Positions 30,009-38,450 of a stretch of 64,000 bases of DNA are shown here, one piece after another (within the stretch, counting starts at the first letter, position 1; each line of letters opens with the position of its first letter). This DNA is from Bacteroidota bacterium (GTDB taxonomy: Bacteria > Bacteroidota > Bacteroidia > 2-12-FULL-35-15): the NCBI GenBank assembly GCA_005772895.1, contig SXIH01000038.1, positions 42,941-106,940 on the forward strand. The letters are read 5' to 3'. Under the pieces are notes generated by a model. It had not been told where the DNA came from. It did no database searches and saw only the letters and a program-made list of their open reading frames with translations. The position numbers and the translations under genes were made by a program.

Positions 30009-31097
30009 GTGAAGAATAATTATTGTGTGATAATGGCAGGTGGCGTTGGAAGCCGCTTTTGGCCGATGAGCAGAACGGCTCATCCTAAGCAGTTCATGGA
30101 TATTTTAGGAACCGGCAAAACACTTTTGCAACAAACCTATAGCCGGTTTTTAAGACTTTGTCCGAAAGAAAATATCTTTATTGTCACCAACGATTCTTAT
30201 GTTGATTTAGTAAAGGAGCAAATCAAAGGAATTGCTTCCGAAAATATTTTGAGCGAACCGGCACGTAAAAATACAGCTCCCTGTGTGGCATATGCTTGTT
30301 ATAAAATAGCTCAATTAAATCCTGATGCGCTTACAGTTGTTGCACCTTCAGATCACTTAATTGTGAAAGAAGATACTTTTGTGAAAGCAATTAAAGCCTG
30401 TTATTTAAAAGCAGCTTCTGAAGATTGTCTGGTTACATTAGGAATACGTCCAAGCCGACCAGATACTGGTTATGGTTACATTCAATTTGTAGAATCAGCA
30501 ACAAAGGAAAAAGATAAACGGATTAAAAAAGTAAAAACGTTTATGGAAAAGCCGCAATTAGAAATGGCAAAATTCTTTTTGCAGAGCGGTGATTTTTTGT
30601 GGAACTCAGGAATTTTTATTTGGAGCGTGAAAAGTGTTATCAAAGCATTTGAGAAACATTCTCCGGAAATGGATGCTATTTTTAAAGAAGGAAATGGTGC
30701 ATATAATACTCCAAAAGAAGCGGAATTTATTGCAAAAGCATATACTAATTGTAAGAATATTTCTATTGATTATGCATTGATGGAAAAGGCGGAGAATGTG
30801 TATGTACGTTCATCCATCATTGGTTGGAGCGATTTAGGTACTTGGGGTTCGCTTTATGATCACATTAAACAAGATGACAATAACAATGCAATAGTTGGGA
30901 AAAATGTGATGATGTACGATTCAAAAAATTGTATTGTGAATGTTTCAAAAGATAAGTTAGTGGTGATGCAAGGATTGGAAGATTATATTGTTGTTGAATC
31001 GGATGGAATTTTGTTAATCTGCAAAAAACAAGATGAACAAGAAATTAAAACATTTGTAAACGATGTTAAGATTCAAAAAGGAGATAAGTTTGTTTAG
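30009..31097 (+). CDS. Mannose-1-phosphate guanylyltransferase (GDP-mannose pyrophosphorylase)
   Basis: 362 aa with the nucleotidyltransferase motif VIMAGGVGSRFWPMSR and a C-terminal left-handed beta-helix-like region. GTG start at 30009. Confidence 0.7.
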   Translation: MKNNYCVIMAGGVGSRFWPMSRTAHPKQFMDILGTGKTLLQQTYSRFLRLCPKENIFIVTNDSYVDLVKEQIKGIASENILSEPARKNTAPCVAYACYKIAQLNPDALTVVAPSDHLIVKEDTFVKAIKACYLKAASEDCLVTLGIRPSRPDTGYGYIQFVESATKEKDKRIKKVKTFMEKPQLEMAKFFLQSGDFLWNSGIFIWSVKSVIKAFEKHSPEMDAIFKEGNGAYNTPKEAEFIAKAYTNCKNISIDYALMEKAENVYVRSSIIGWSDLGTWGSLYDHIKQDDNNNAIVGKNVMMYDSKNCIVNVSKDKLVVMQGLEDYIVVESDGILLICKKQDEQEIKTFVNDVKIQKGDKFV

Positions 31098-31098
31098 A

Positions 31099-31165
31099 AG
31101 TGACTAGGTGATTGAGTGACTAAGTAACTAGGTTTGTGATTGGGTAATAAGGTGATAGGGTTAGT
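31099..31165. repeat. GTGACTAGGTGAT-type low-complexity repeat (left copy)
   Basis: Reads agtgactaggtgattgagtgactaagtaactaggtttgtgattgggtaataaggtgatagggttag. The inverted counterpart lies at 32105..32156. Confidence 0.6.
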
Positions 31166-31262
31166 TTTAATTTAAATTTTACGATAATTAATTCCCCCTT
31201 TGGAAAAGGGGGTTAGGGGGATTTGATGAGGGGAGAAAAATTATAATTAAAAAAGAAAAACA

Positions 31263-31943
31263 TCAATCAACATTTTTTCCGTCAGCATACTTCTTCCCTC
31301 TGTAAGCTCCTGAAAAATATACAATGAACTTCGCTCCGAAAATAGCTTGTTCTTGATTCCAATCCACAAAAAAAGTAAATCCTGCTCCAACATCATAGGT
31401 AATTTTTTTTACTCCTTCTATCTGAGCATAAATTCCGGGTTGACTAAAAGGGCGCGTATAAACAGTGTCACCAACTTTTCCATAACCTGTAGAGTAGGAA
31501 ATTCCTGCAAACCCTGCAAAATGAATGTCTTTATCCTCAAAGCGTTTTCCGTATCCTAAATGAAATTCATAGTTGTCGTAAAAACCAAATTTTTCTCCCG
31601 AAATAAAAGTTCCTAATTGAAAGTAGTGTTGTTTAATGTGAAAATTGTAATCTAATCCTCCCGCAAAACCAATTTTTCTTTTATATGTTAAATTTTGATT
31701 AAAGCCTCCACCAACAGTCAGCCAGTTGTTATAATAGCGAAGCTTTTTATTTTTTAGAATAAAAGTACTGTCAACAGGTGGTATGTGCCTTTTCTTTTTA
31801 GTTGCAACGGTTTGCTCAACTTGTTTTGCCTCTTCAACTTTTTTATACCGAACTCCATTTATCACAGTATCTGTTTGTGAAAAAATGGAAGTAGCAATAA
31901 AACTAATTGCAATAAAAAGTAAAATGGAAAAATATTTTTTCAA
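31263..31943 (-). CDS. Hypothetical outer-membrane/secreted protein (226 aa)
   Basis: Signal peptide MKKYFSILLFIAISFIATSIFSQ and an aromatic-rich beta-strand-like composition ending in F/Y-rich segments. It is flanked by inverted GTGACTAG repeats. Confidence 0.35.
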   Translation of the reverse strand: MKKYFSILLFIAISFIATSIFSQTDTVINGVRYKKVEEAKQVEQTVATKKKRHIPPVDSTFILKNKKLRYYNNWLTVGGGFNQNLTYKRKIGFAGGLDYNFHIKQHYFQLGTFISGEKFGFYDNYEFHLGYGKRFEDKDIHFAGFAGISYSTGYGKVGDTVYTRPFSQPGIYAQIEGVKKITYDVGAGFTFFVDWNQEQAIFGAKFIVYFSGAYRGKKYADGKNVD

Positions 31944-32061
31944 AATTTTAATAGTAAAATTAACGGGGATGATATTTATTAACGCAGAAATAAGTTTAAT
32001 TAGTATAAATTACTCACTCACTTTTTCACTTCCTAACAATGGCATTGCTTCTCATCGGGAG

Positions 32062-32101
32062 ATCCCGTGTCGTGGCACGGGATGACGGCTCCGAAGGAAC
32101 C
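32062..32101. other. GC-rich structured element (hairpin atcccgtg-tcgtgg-cacgggat, plus ggctccgaaggaacc)
   Basis: About 65% GC over 60 nt in a roughly 35% GC genome, with a perfect 8-bp stem. Not a tRNA and no U-tract. Confidence 0.3.
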
Positions 32102-32104
32102 TAC

Positions 32105-32156
32105 TCATAACCCCATAACCCCATCACCTAGTCACTTAATCAGCTAGTCACCTACT
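32105..32156. repeat. GTGACTAGGTGAT-type repeat (inverted copy; overlaps the fumC stop)
   Basis: Contains atcacctagtcact (the reverse complement of agtgactaggtgat) and ataaccccataacccc (the reverse complement of the gggttatggggttat-like units). Confidence 0.6.
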
Positions 32157-33549
32157 TCATACTTCCACACATATCTTCTGGCTTTACCCACTGATCAAAC
32201 TGTTCGTTGGTAACATAACCCAATTCAATTGCAGCTTCACGCAAAGTTTTGTTTCCTTTGTGCGCTGTCTTGGCAATTTTCGCGGCTTTCTCGTAACCAA
32301 TATGTGTGTTCAATGCAGTAACTAACATCAAGGAATTTTCCAAATGTTGTTTTAACATTGCTAAATTTGGTTCAATTCCTACCGCACAATTATCATTGAA
32401 TGAAACACAAGCATCACCAATTAAACGAGCCGACTGCAAAACATTTGCAGCAATTACAGGTTTGAAAACGTTTAATTCAAAATGACCATTTGATCCTCCA
32501 ATAGAAACAGCAACATCATTTCCCATTACCTGAGCACACACCATTGTCAATGCTTCTGGCTGAGTTGGATTTACTTTCCCAGGCATAATTGAAGAACCTG
32601 GTTCGTTATCCGGAATAATTAATTCTCCAATTCCTGAGCGTGGACCAGAAGACAACATTCTGATATCGTTTGCAATTTTCATTAATGAAACAGCTGTACG
32701 TTTTAATGCTCCTGATAATTCAACCATTGCATCGTGTGCTGCTAATGCTTCAAATTTATTTGGTGCAGTTACAAAAGGCAAACCTGTTAATTCAGCAATT
32801 TTTTTCGCAACTAAAACATCGTATCCTTTTGGAGTATTTAATCCTGTTCCTACAGCAGTTCCACCCAATGCCAATTCACGAACCATTTCCAATGCGTTTT
32901 TAATTGCACGGATTCCATTCGTTAATTGTTGTGCGTATCCTCCAAACTCTTGTCCGAGTGTTAAGGGTGTTGCGTCCATAAAATGCGTACGACCTGTTTT
33001 TACAATATTTTTAAAGTCGTTTGATTTTTTTAATAAAGTATCTCTTAGTTTTTCAATCCCAGGAAGTGTAACATCCACCACTTGTTTGTACGATGCGATG
33101 TGCATAGCTGTTGGATACGTATCGTTTGACGATTGTGATTTATTTACGTCATCATTCGGATGCAATACTTTTTTATCATCAGCTAATTTTCCTCCGCTGA
33201 TTACATGAGCACGGTAAGCAATTACTTCATTCGCATTCATGTTGGATTGAGTGCCCGAACCAGTTTGCCAAATCACCAACGGAAATTGATCATCTAATTT
33301 TCCGGCAATAATTTCATCACAAGCTTTTGCGATAAGGTCTTTTTTATCAGCAGATAAAACACCCAATTCACAATTTGCCATTGCAGCAGCTTTTTTCAAA
33401 TAACCGAATGCATATATAATTTCCTTTGGCATACTTGCTTCAGGTCCTATTTTAAAATTGTTGCGGGAACGCTCAGTTTGTGCTCCCCAATATTTGTCAG
33501 CAGGTACTTTTACCTCGCCCATCGTGTCTGTTTCAATTCTGTATTCCAT
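32152..33549 (-). CDS. fumC: Fumarate hydratase, class II
   Basis: 465 aa starting [28 protein letters not shown], with the GSSxMPxKxN signature ([13 protein letters not shown]). Confidence 0.95.
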   Translation of the reverse strand: MEYRIETDTMGEVKVPADKYWGAQTERSRNNFKIGPEASMPKEIIYAFGYLKKAAAMANCELGVLSADKKDLIAKACDEIIAGKLDDQFPLVIWQTGSGTQSNMNANEVIAYRAHVISGGKLADDKKVLHPNDDVNKSQSSNDTYPTAMHIASYKQVVDVTLPGIEKLRDTLLKKSNDFKNIVKTGRTHFMDATPLTLGQEFGGYAQQLTNGIRAIKNALEMVRELALGGTAVGTGLNTPKGYDVLVAKKIAELTGLPFVTAPNKFEALAAHDAMVELSGALKRTAVSLMKIANDIRMLSSGPRSGIGELIIPDNEPGSSIMPGKVNPTQPEALTMVCAQVMGNDVAVSIGGSNGHFELNVFKPVIAANVLQSARLIGDACVSFNDNCAVGIEPNLAMLKQHLENSLMLVTALNTHIGYEKAAKIAKTAHKGNKTLREAAIELGYVTNEQFDQWVKPEDMCGSMK

Positions 33550-33588
33550 TGTCTTTAATATTTAATTTTCTTACTGTAAATTTAAGAT

Positions 33589-33948
33589 TTATTTCAATGA
33601 TTTGATGAACTCCAATACTTTTTCAGAAGGCCTGCCAATAATAGCTTTTTTTCCTTTTACAACGATAGGTCGCTCAATAAGAATAGGGTTTTGAGCCATT
33701 GCTTTTATCCATTGTGCTTCGGTTAATTTCTTTCCCTCATACTTTTCCAAAAATAAAGGCTCTTTTTTTCGTACCAAATCCACTGCTTTTATTCCTAACT
33801 TTTTTAAAAGCTCTTTTATTTCAGCTTGAGTAGGAGGTGTTTTTAAATATTCAAACACTTCTGTTTTTACTTTCTTTTTTTCTAAGATAGTGCAAACCTC
33901 TCTGCTTTTTGAGCAACGTATGTTGTGGTAAATTTTAACTGTTTCCAT
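33589..33948 (-). CDS. ArsC/Spx/YffB-family protein (arsenate-reductase-like thioredoxin fold)
   Basis: 119 aa with an N-terminal [12 protein letters not shown] motif. Its 5' end overlaps the 3' end of prfB by 14 nt. Confidence 0.65.
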   Translation of the reverse strand: METVKIYHNIRCSKSREVCTILEKKKVKTEVFEYLKTPPTQAEIKELLKKLGIKAVDLVRKKEPLFLEKYEGKKLTEAQWIKAMAQNPILIERPIVVKGKKAIIGRPSEKVLEFIKSLK

Positions 33949-35024
33949 ATTCCATTAAATAAGCTTTAATAAAATCTTTCAAATCTCCATCCATTACTGC
34001 TTGAATGTTGGATGTTTCATGTCCCGTTCTTACATCCTTAATTAATTTGTACGGATGAAAAACATAATTGCGGATTTGTGAACCCCATTCAATTTTCTTT
34101 TTATTCCCTTCAATCACATTTATGGCTTCGCGTTGTTTTCGCAATTCAATTTCGAACAATTGAGATTTTAATAATTTGATTGCGTTCTCTTTGTTTTGTA
34201 ATTGTGAACGCGATTCTTGATTTTTAATGATGATTCCGGATGGCTTGTGATACAAGCGTACTGCTGTTTCTACCTTGTTTACATTTTGTCCGCCAGCACC
34301 GCCAGCTCTAAATGTTTCAAATTCTAAATCACCAGGATTTACATCAATTTCAATTGTATCATCAATTAATGGATACGCATATACGGAAGCAAAAGAAGTA
34401 TGTCGTTTTGCATTTGAATCAAATGGAGAAATACGAACCAAACGATGAACTCCGTTTTCGCCTTTTAAATATCCGAATGCGTAATCGCCTTCAAATTCCA
34501 ATGTCACCGATTTTATTCCAGCTGTATCTCCGTCTGTTCTGTCCGTCTCTTTTATTTTATACCCGTTTTTACTTCCCCACATCATATACATTCGCATCAA
34601 CATTTCTGCCCAGTCGCAGCTTTCTGTTCCGCCTGCTCCTGCATTTATTTGTACAACACAACTTAAAATATCCTCTTTTCCACTTAGCATATTTTTGAAT
34701 TCAATTTCTTCTAACAGCTGAACAGTAGTTTGAAATTGTTCTTCTACATCTTGCTCTGTGGCTTCACCTTGCTTAAAATAATCATACAACAAGGTAAGGT
34801 CATCCACGTTGCTTTGTGCTTTAGCAAATGAAATGGTCCAATTCTTTTTTAATTTGGTTTGTTTTAGCAGTTCTTCTGCTTTTTTTGGGTCGTCCCAGAA
34901 ATTCGGTGCGAGTGCTTTCTCTTCTTCTTCAGCTATTTCGCGAAGTTTACGGTCGATGTCAAAGATGCCCCCTTAACGCACTGGTGCGCTCCCGAAGGTC
35001 TTTTAGTTGGTCTGTAGTAATCAT
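33935..35024 (-). CDS. prfB: Peptide chain release factor 2, with programmed +1 ribosomal frameshift
   Basis: Frame 1 runs from ATG 35024 and encodes [21 protein letters not shown], stopping at TGA within AGGGGGCATCTTTGAC (CTT at 34964..34962). After the +1 shift the reading continues [13 protein letters not shown]... into the track ORF 33935..34807, which carries the GGQ motif ([16 protein letters not shown]). This is the classic CUU UGA C site with an upstream SD-like AGGGGG. Confidence 0.85.
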
Positions 35025-35082
35025 ACTGCGAAGTTAATAAATATTGGGAATTTGAGAGAGAAATAAGAGTATTTTTGCAATA

Positions 35083-35562
35083 ATGAAGCCGACAAAATAT
35101 TTCAGAACAACTACAGGTGAATATTGTCATATTGATGACGAAACAGTATATATCTTTAACAGCAAGGAACCAACACGTATTCCATTAGAGCACGAAGTAA
35201 GTGATGCTTGGGGAATAAAGAGTGTGTTGAATTATATTTTCTTTGCTTTTATACTTTTCTATACTATGTTTTCTATGTCATATTATGGAAGTAGTTTTTT
35301 TAAGCACATCCTCAATTACGGAGCCCTGCTTTTATTAGTGCTTTCACTTATGCAAATTAAAGAAGCATTTGTGAGCAGCAGTACCCCAACTATTCAAAGA
35401 AATAAAATAAAAAATGTACTTTTTAAAACTCCAATTTTTTCCTACCCTAGAGTATTAATTTATTTTGAAGGACCAGAAGGAAAAATTTTGAGAAGAAGTA
35501 TTTCGGTGAAGTATAAGCAGGAGGGAATTCAGATTTTGAAGGAGTCAGGATTAATGACGTGA
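35083..35562 (+). CDS. Hypothetical membrane protein (159 aa)
   Basis: Clean ORF with two predicted TM helices. No family recognised. Confidence 0.3.
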   Translation: MKPTKYFRTTTGEYCHIDDETVYIFNSKEPTRIPLEHEVSDAWGIKSVLNYIFFAFILFYTMFSMSYYGSSFFKHILNYGALLLLVLSLMQIKEAFVSSSTPTIQRNKIKNVLFKTPIFSYPRVLIYFEGPEGKILRRSISVKYKQEGIQILKESGLMT

Positions 35563-35571
35563 TTCGCTTTT

Positions 35572-35608
35572 TTTCTCGCAGATTTCGCAGATTCTCGCAG
35601 ATTTTTCT
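35572..35608. repeat. TCGCAGAT short tandem repeat (ctcgcagatttcgcagattctcgcagat)
   Basis: Three tandem roughly 9-bp units. Same family as the copies at 8785..8820, 10112..10134, 10597..10619 and 13048..13076. Confidence 0.7.
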
Positions 35609-35635
35609 TTTTTGTTTTCTTTTTTTGTCTATTGT

Positions 35636-36130
35636 TTACTGTCTACAGTCTATTTTTTTAATTTCGTCCCAAACCAAATCTCCCTCATATCCTCTCGAAA
35701 TTGCATATTGTGCAGCTTTATAATTTCTAACTTGTTCCTTGCCTTTCGGATTTTCTTTTAGTTTTTTTACTAAAATGCTTTTCAGTGTTTTAATATAATC
35801 TGTATCATCAATTTCCTGCATTCCTTTTTTTATACAATAATCCGAAATTTTACGTTTTTTTAATTCGATTTTTATTTTTACTCTTCCCCATTTTTTGATT
35901 CTGAATTTTCCTCCGGCAAAAGCTTTTGCAAATCGTTCTTCATTCAAAAAATTGTCAGAAATTAAGTTAGCGATAATGTTCTCCACATCATTGCTGTGCA
36001 AGCCCCATTCGTATAGTTTGTCACGCATTTCTTGCTGACAACGTTCCTGGTAAGCACAAGAAAGTTGTGCTTTTATCGTTGCTTGATTGGGAGTAAGCTT
36101 TTTTTTAGGTTTTTTATCTTCGAAATCCAT
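35636..36130 (-). CDS. recX: Regulatory protein RecX
   Basis: 164 aa, basic at both ends, with central triple-helix repeats (AQLSCAYQERCQQEMRDKLYEWG...). Confidence 0.6.
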   Translation of the reverse strand: MDFEDKKPKKKLTPNQATIKAQLSCAYQERCQQEMRDKLYEWGLHSNDVENIIANLISDNFLNEERFAKAFAGGKFRIKKWGRVKIKIELKKRKISDYCIKKGMQEIDDTDYIKTLKSILVKKLKENPKGKEQVRNYKAAQYAISRGYEGDLVWDEIKKIDCRQ

Positions 36131-36196
36131 AATTCTCCTGTAAAATTAGAGGAATTATTCGATATTTAGAGGGATTGAAGTAGTTTTGTTACCAAC

Positions 36197-36787
36197 TTGT
36201 GTTTTACTATATGTATACGTATCCAGAACAAAAAATTTGTGAGTAGTCCCGCTGAAGAAACATATAAACTAAAAGGATTGACCCGTAATGAATTTATTAC
36301 AGTGATATATAATAGGTATGGAAAAAAATTATATACCTACGCAATTCGGACCTGGAATTTAGATGAAGATGCAGCTTGGGATTTAATTTATAAAACACTT
36401 TATAAAGTTATAGATAGCTATACAAATTATGAGTTTGTATCTGAAGAAAAATTTGCTTCGTTTGTTTTCAAAATTTTTATCAATTATTTAAGAAATCACC
36501 ATCGGGATAATAAAGAAAGTAAACTGTTTGAGTTCAGCGCAATGGATGATGTAGATTTAACTACTAAAGAAGCAAAAGAAGGAGAAGAACCTCTTACAAA
36601 TAAGAAATTAATTGCTTTAAATGAAGCGCTTGATAAAATGGAAGATTGGGAACGAATGCTTTTATTAATGCGAAGTGAAGGAAGAGCCTATTCAGAAATT
36701 GCTCAATATATTGATAAACCGGAAAATCAGCTGAAAGTATATTACCAACGCTTGAAAGAACAAATTCAAAAAAAATTAAATGACTGA
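36197..36787 (+). CDS. RNA polymerase sigma factor, sigma-70 family (ECF-like)
   Basis: Region 2-like NEFITVIYNRYGKKLYTYAIRTW..DEDAAWDLIYKTLYKV and a region-4 HTH-like C-terminus (RAYSEIAQYIDKPENQLKVYYQRLK). The start is ambiguous (TTG 36197, GTG 36239 or a later ATG). Confidence 0.5.
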   Translation: MCFTICIRIQNKKFVSSPAEETYKLKGLTRNEFITVIYNRYGKKLYTYAIRTWNLDEDAAWDLIYKTLYKVIDSYTNYEFVSEEKFASFVFKIFINYLRNHHRDNKESKLFEFSAMDDVDLTTKEAKEGEEPLTNKKLIALNEALDKMEDWERMLLLMRSEGRAYSEIAQYIDKPENQLKVYYQRLKEQIQKKLND

Positions 36788-38285
36788 TCAGAAAAATAAT
36801 AACGACAAACACATTCGCGACTTGCTCAAATGGCGCCTATTAGAGCAAGCCGGGGATGATGATTTACTAACCAAAAAACTAATAGACATGGAAGCAAAAC
36901 TTGTATTTAGTAATGAGGCGCTAATGCAGCCATCCTTACAAAAAGAAAATGAATTATTAAATAAATTAAAAGAAACAAAAAGTAAGAATAGACTTTTGAA
37001 ATGGATATTGCCAAGTTTTTTGATTGTATTAACATCGATTGTGATTTTATTTTATAAGAATGATACTGCAAAACCAATCGTTGCATCAAATAATGCATCG
37101 GTAAGTCCTGAACAAAATAGTAATCTGCCAACAATTCAAACGCATACTATTGAGTCGACCGATTCTACTGTGGGTACAGTTAGCACCATTGTAGTAAAAG
37201 TTTCTGAAAAAGAACAGAAAATAGATTCAGTTAAACTTGAAGCAAAAGAAAAATGGACTGTCGGTGATGCCGGAATAAAAGTGGAGCAGAAGCAAGTTGC
37301 GCCTAAAAAGGTAGCAACCTATGACAATACGTATGAAGGTATTCCTGCTTTGTCAGAGTATCAAAAATCCTGGACAAAGAAAATGAAGGAAAAAATGGTG
37401 AAAGCGGTGATTAAGTTGGATAAGAATTCTTGGGTTTATATTCCAACTAGCACCGAATCAATTTATGGTGATGTTGTTTCAGTTCAGGGTTTCTATATGT
37501 CAAATATGGAAGTCACAAATAATACTTATCGCATATTTTTGAATGATTTGATTATCCAGGATAAGTTCGATGATTATATAAAAGCTGTTCCTGACACAGC
37601 GAAGTGGTTGACAGATATAATCAAAGGACGATCTTATGGTGAACCAATGAGAAAAAATTATTTTTGGCATCCTGCTTATGACGAGTTTCCTGTTGTGAAT
37701 GTTAGCCGGGAAGGAGTTAAAATGTTTTGTATGTGGTTAACAAATGCAGTTAACGAAAAAATAAAAGCAAGTCATTCCAAAGAAAAGTCAGAAACACTTT
37801 TAATAAATGACATCCGTATACCTGCAGAAGAAGAGTGGATTGTTGCAGCCCGCGGTGGGAAAGGTGATTATTCTTATCCTTGGTCATACAGAAGCGGTAC
37901 AAAAAATCCTCAAAATTCAAAAGGTTGCTATTTATGCAATTTCTCTATCGTAAATTATCCTGATAGTTTAAAAAATAGAGCGGAATGTTCAAACGATAAA
38001 TTGAAAAATGCGATCACATCTGCAGGAACTTATTCAAATGATTTCTTTTGCACATGCAAGGTGAATTCATACAATCCTAATGATTATGGTTTGTTTTGTA
38101 TTTGCGGAAATGTTTCAGAAATGGTATGGCAATACAAAACTAAAAATCCTTGTGCAAAAGGTGGAAGTTGGAAAAGCGATGCTGAACAAATAAAAGTAAA
38201 TGCCGAACCAGAATTAATGAATGTTACAGAAGGTAACCCAGCTCTGGGTTTCAGGCCTGTTTTTACTGCAAAAAAATCTAAATGA
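36780..38285 (+). CDS. Single-pass membrane protein with a C-terminal FGE/SUMF1 (sulfatase-modifying-factor-like) domain; putative anti-sigma/sensor partner
   Basis: 501 aa. It overlaps the sigma gene by 8 nt. It has a cytoplasmic N-terminus, one TM helix (ILPSFLIVLTSIVILFY) and a C-terminal FGE-sulfatase-like domain (VQGFYMS..EVTN..Y..F; RGG...Y.WG; GLF.ICGNVSEMVW; GGSW). Confidence 0.5.
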   Translation: MTDQKNNNDKHIRDLLKWRLLEQAGDDDLLTKKLIDMEAKLVFSNEALMQPSLQKENELLNKLKETKSKNRLLKWILPSFLIVLTSIVILFYKNDTAKPIVASNNASVSPEQNSNLPTIQTHTIESTDSTVGTVSTIVVKVSEKEQKIDSVKLEAKEKWTVGDAGIKVEQKQVAPKKVATYDNTYEGIPALSEYQKSWTKKMKEKMVKAVIKLDKNSWVYIPTSTESIYGDVVSVQGFYMSNMEVTNNTYRIFLNDLIIQDKFDDYIKAVPDTAKWLTDIIKGRSYGEPMRKNYFWHPAYDEFPVVNVSREGVKMFCMWLTNAVNEKIKASHSKEKSETLLINDIRIPAEEEWIVAARGGKGDYSYPWSYRSGTKNPQNSKGCYLCNFSIVNYPDSLKNRAECSNDKLKNAITSAGTYSNDFFCTCKVNSYNPNDYGLFCICGNVSEMVWQYKTKNPCAKGGSWKSDAEQIKVNAEPELMNVTEGNPALGFRPVFTAKKSK

Positions 38286-38293
38286 TATTAGGT

Positions 38294-38330
38294 CTTGCTC
38301 TGATTACATTTTTCAGAGCAAGATTTTTCT
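38294..38330 (+). terminator. Rho-independent terminator (tcttgctctga ... tcagagcaaga + TTTTT)
   Basis: Perfect 11-bp stem directly after the stop at 38285. Confidence 0.55.
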
Positions 38331-38450
38331 AATATTTATCTCAATAATAGTACAATTGGTCGTATAAATCTGTTATAAGTGATATAAATGCGAACTATTT
38401 TTTATTCCCCTCCGTAAAAGAACGTAGAAGCACTATAAATTTCCTTACGC

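Noticed and set aside
32030-32110. tRNA or SRP-RNA gene in the GC-rich intergenic patch
   Set aside because: There is no T-loop (GTTCGAATC-like) or cloverleaf. The similarity to the SRP RNA tetraloop helix is too weak to call.
34828-35130. Track ORFs 34828..35037 (+) and 34933..35130 (-)
   Set aside because: They overlap the prfB frameshift region. The minus-strand one is simply the third frame across the frameshift site. The RF2 reading (ATG 35024, CTT TGA C) explains the locus.
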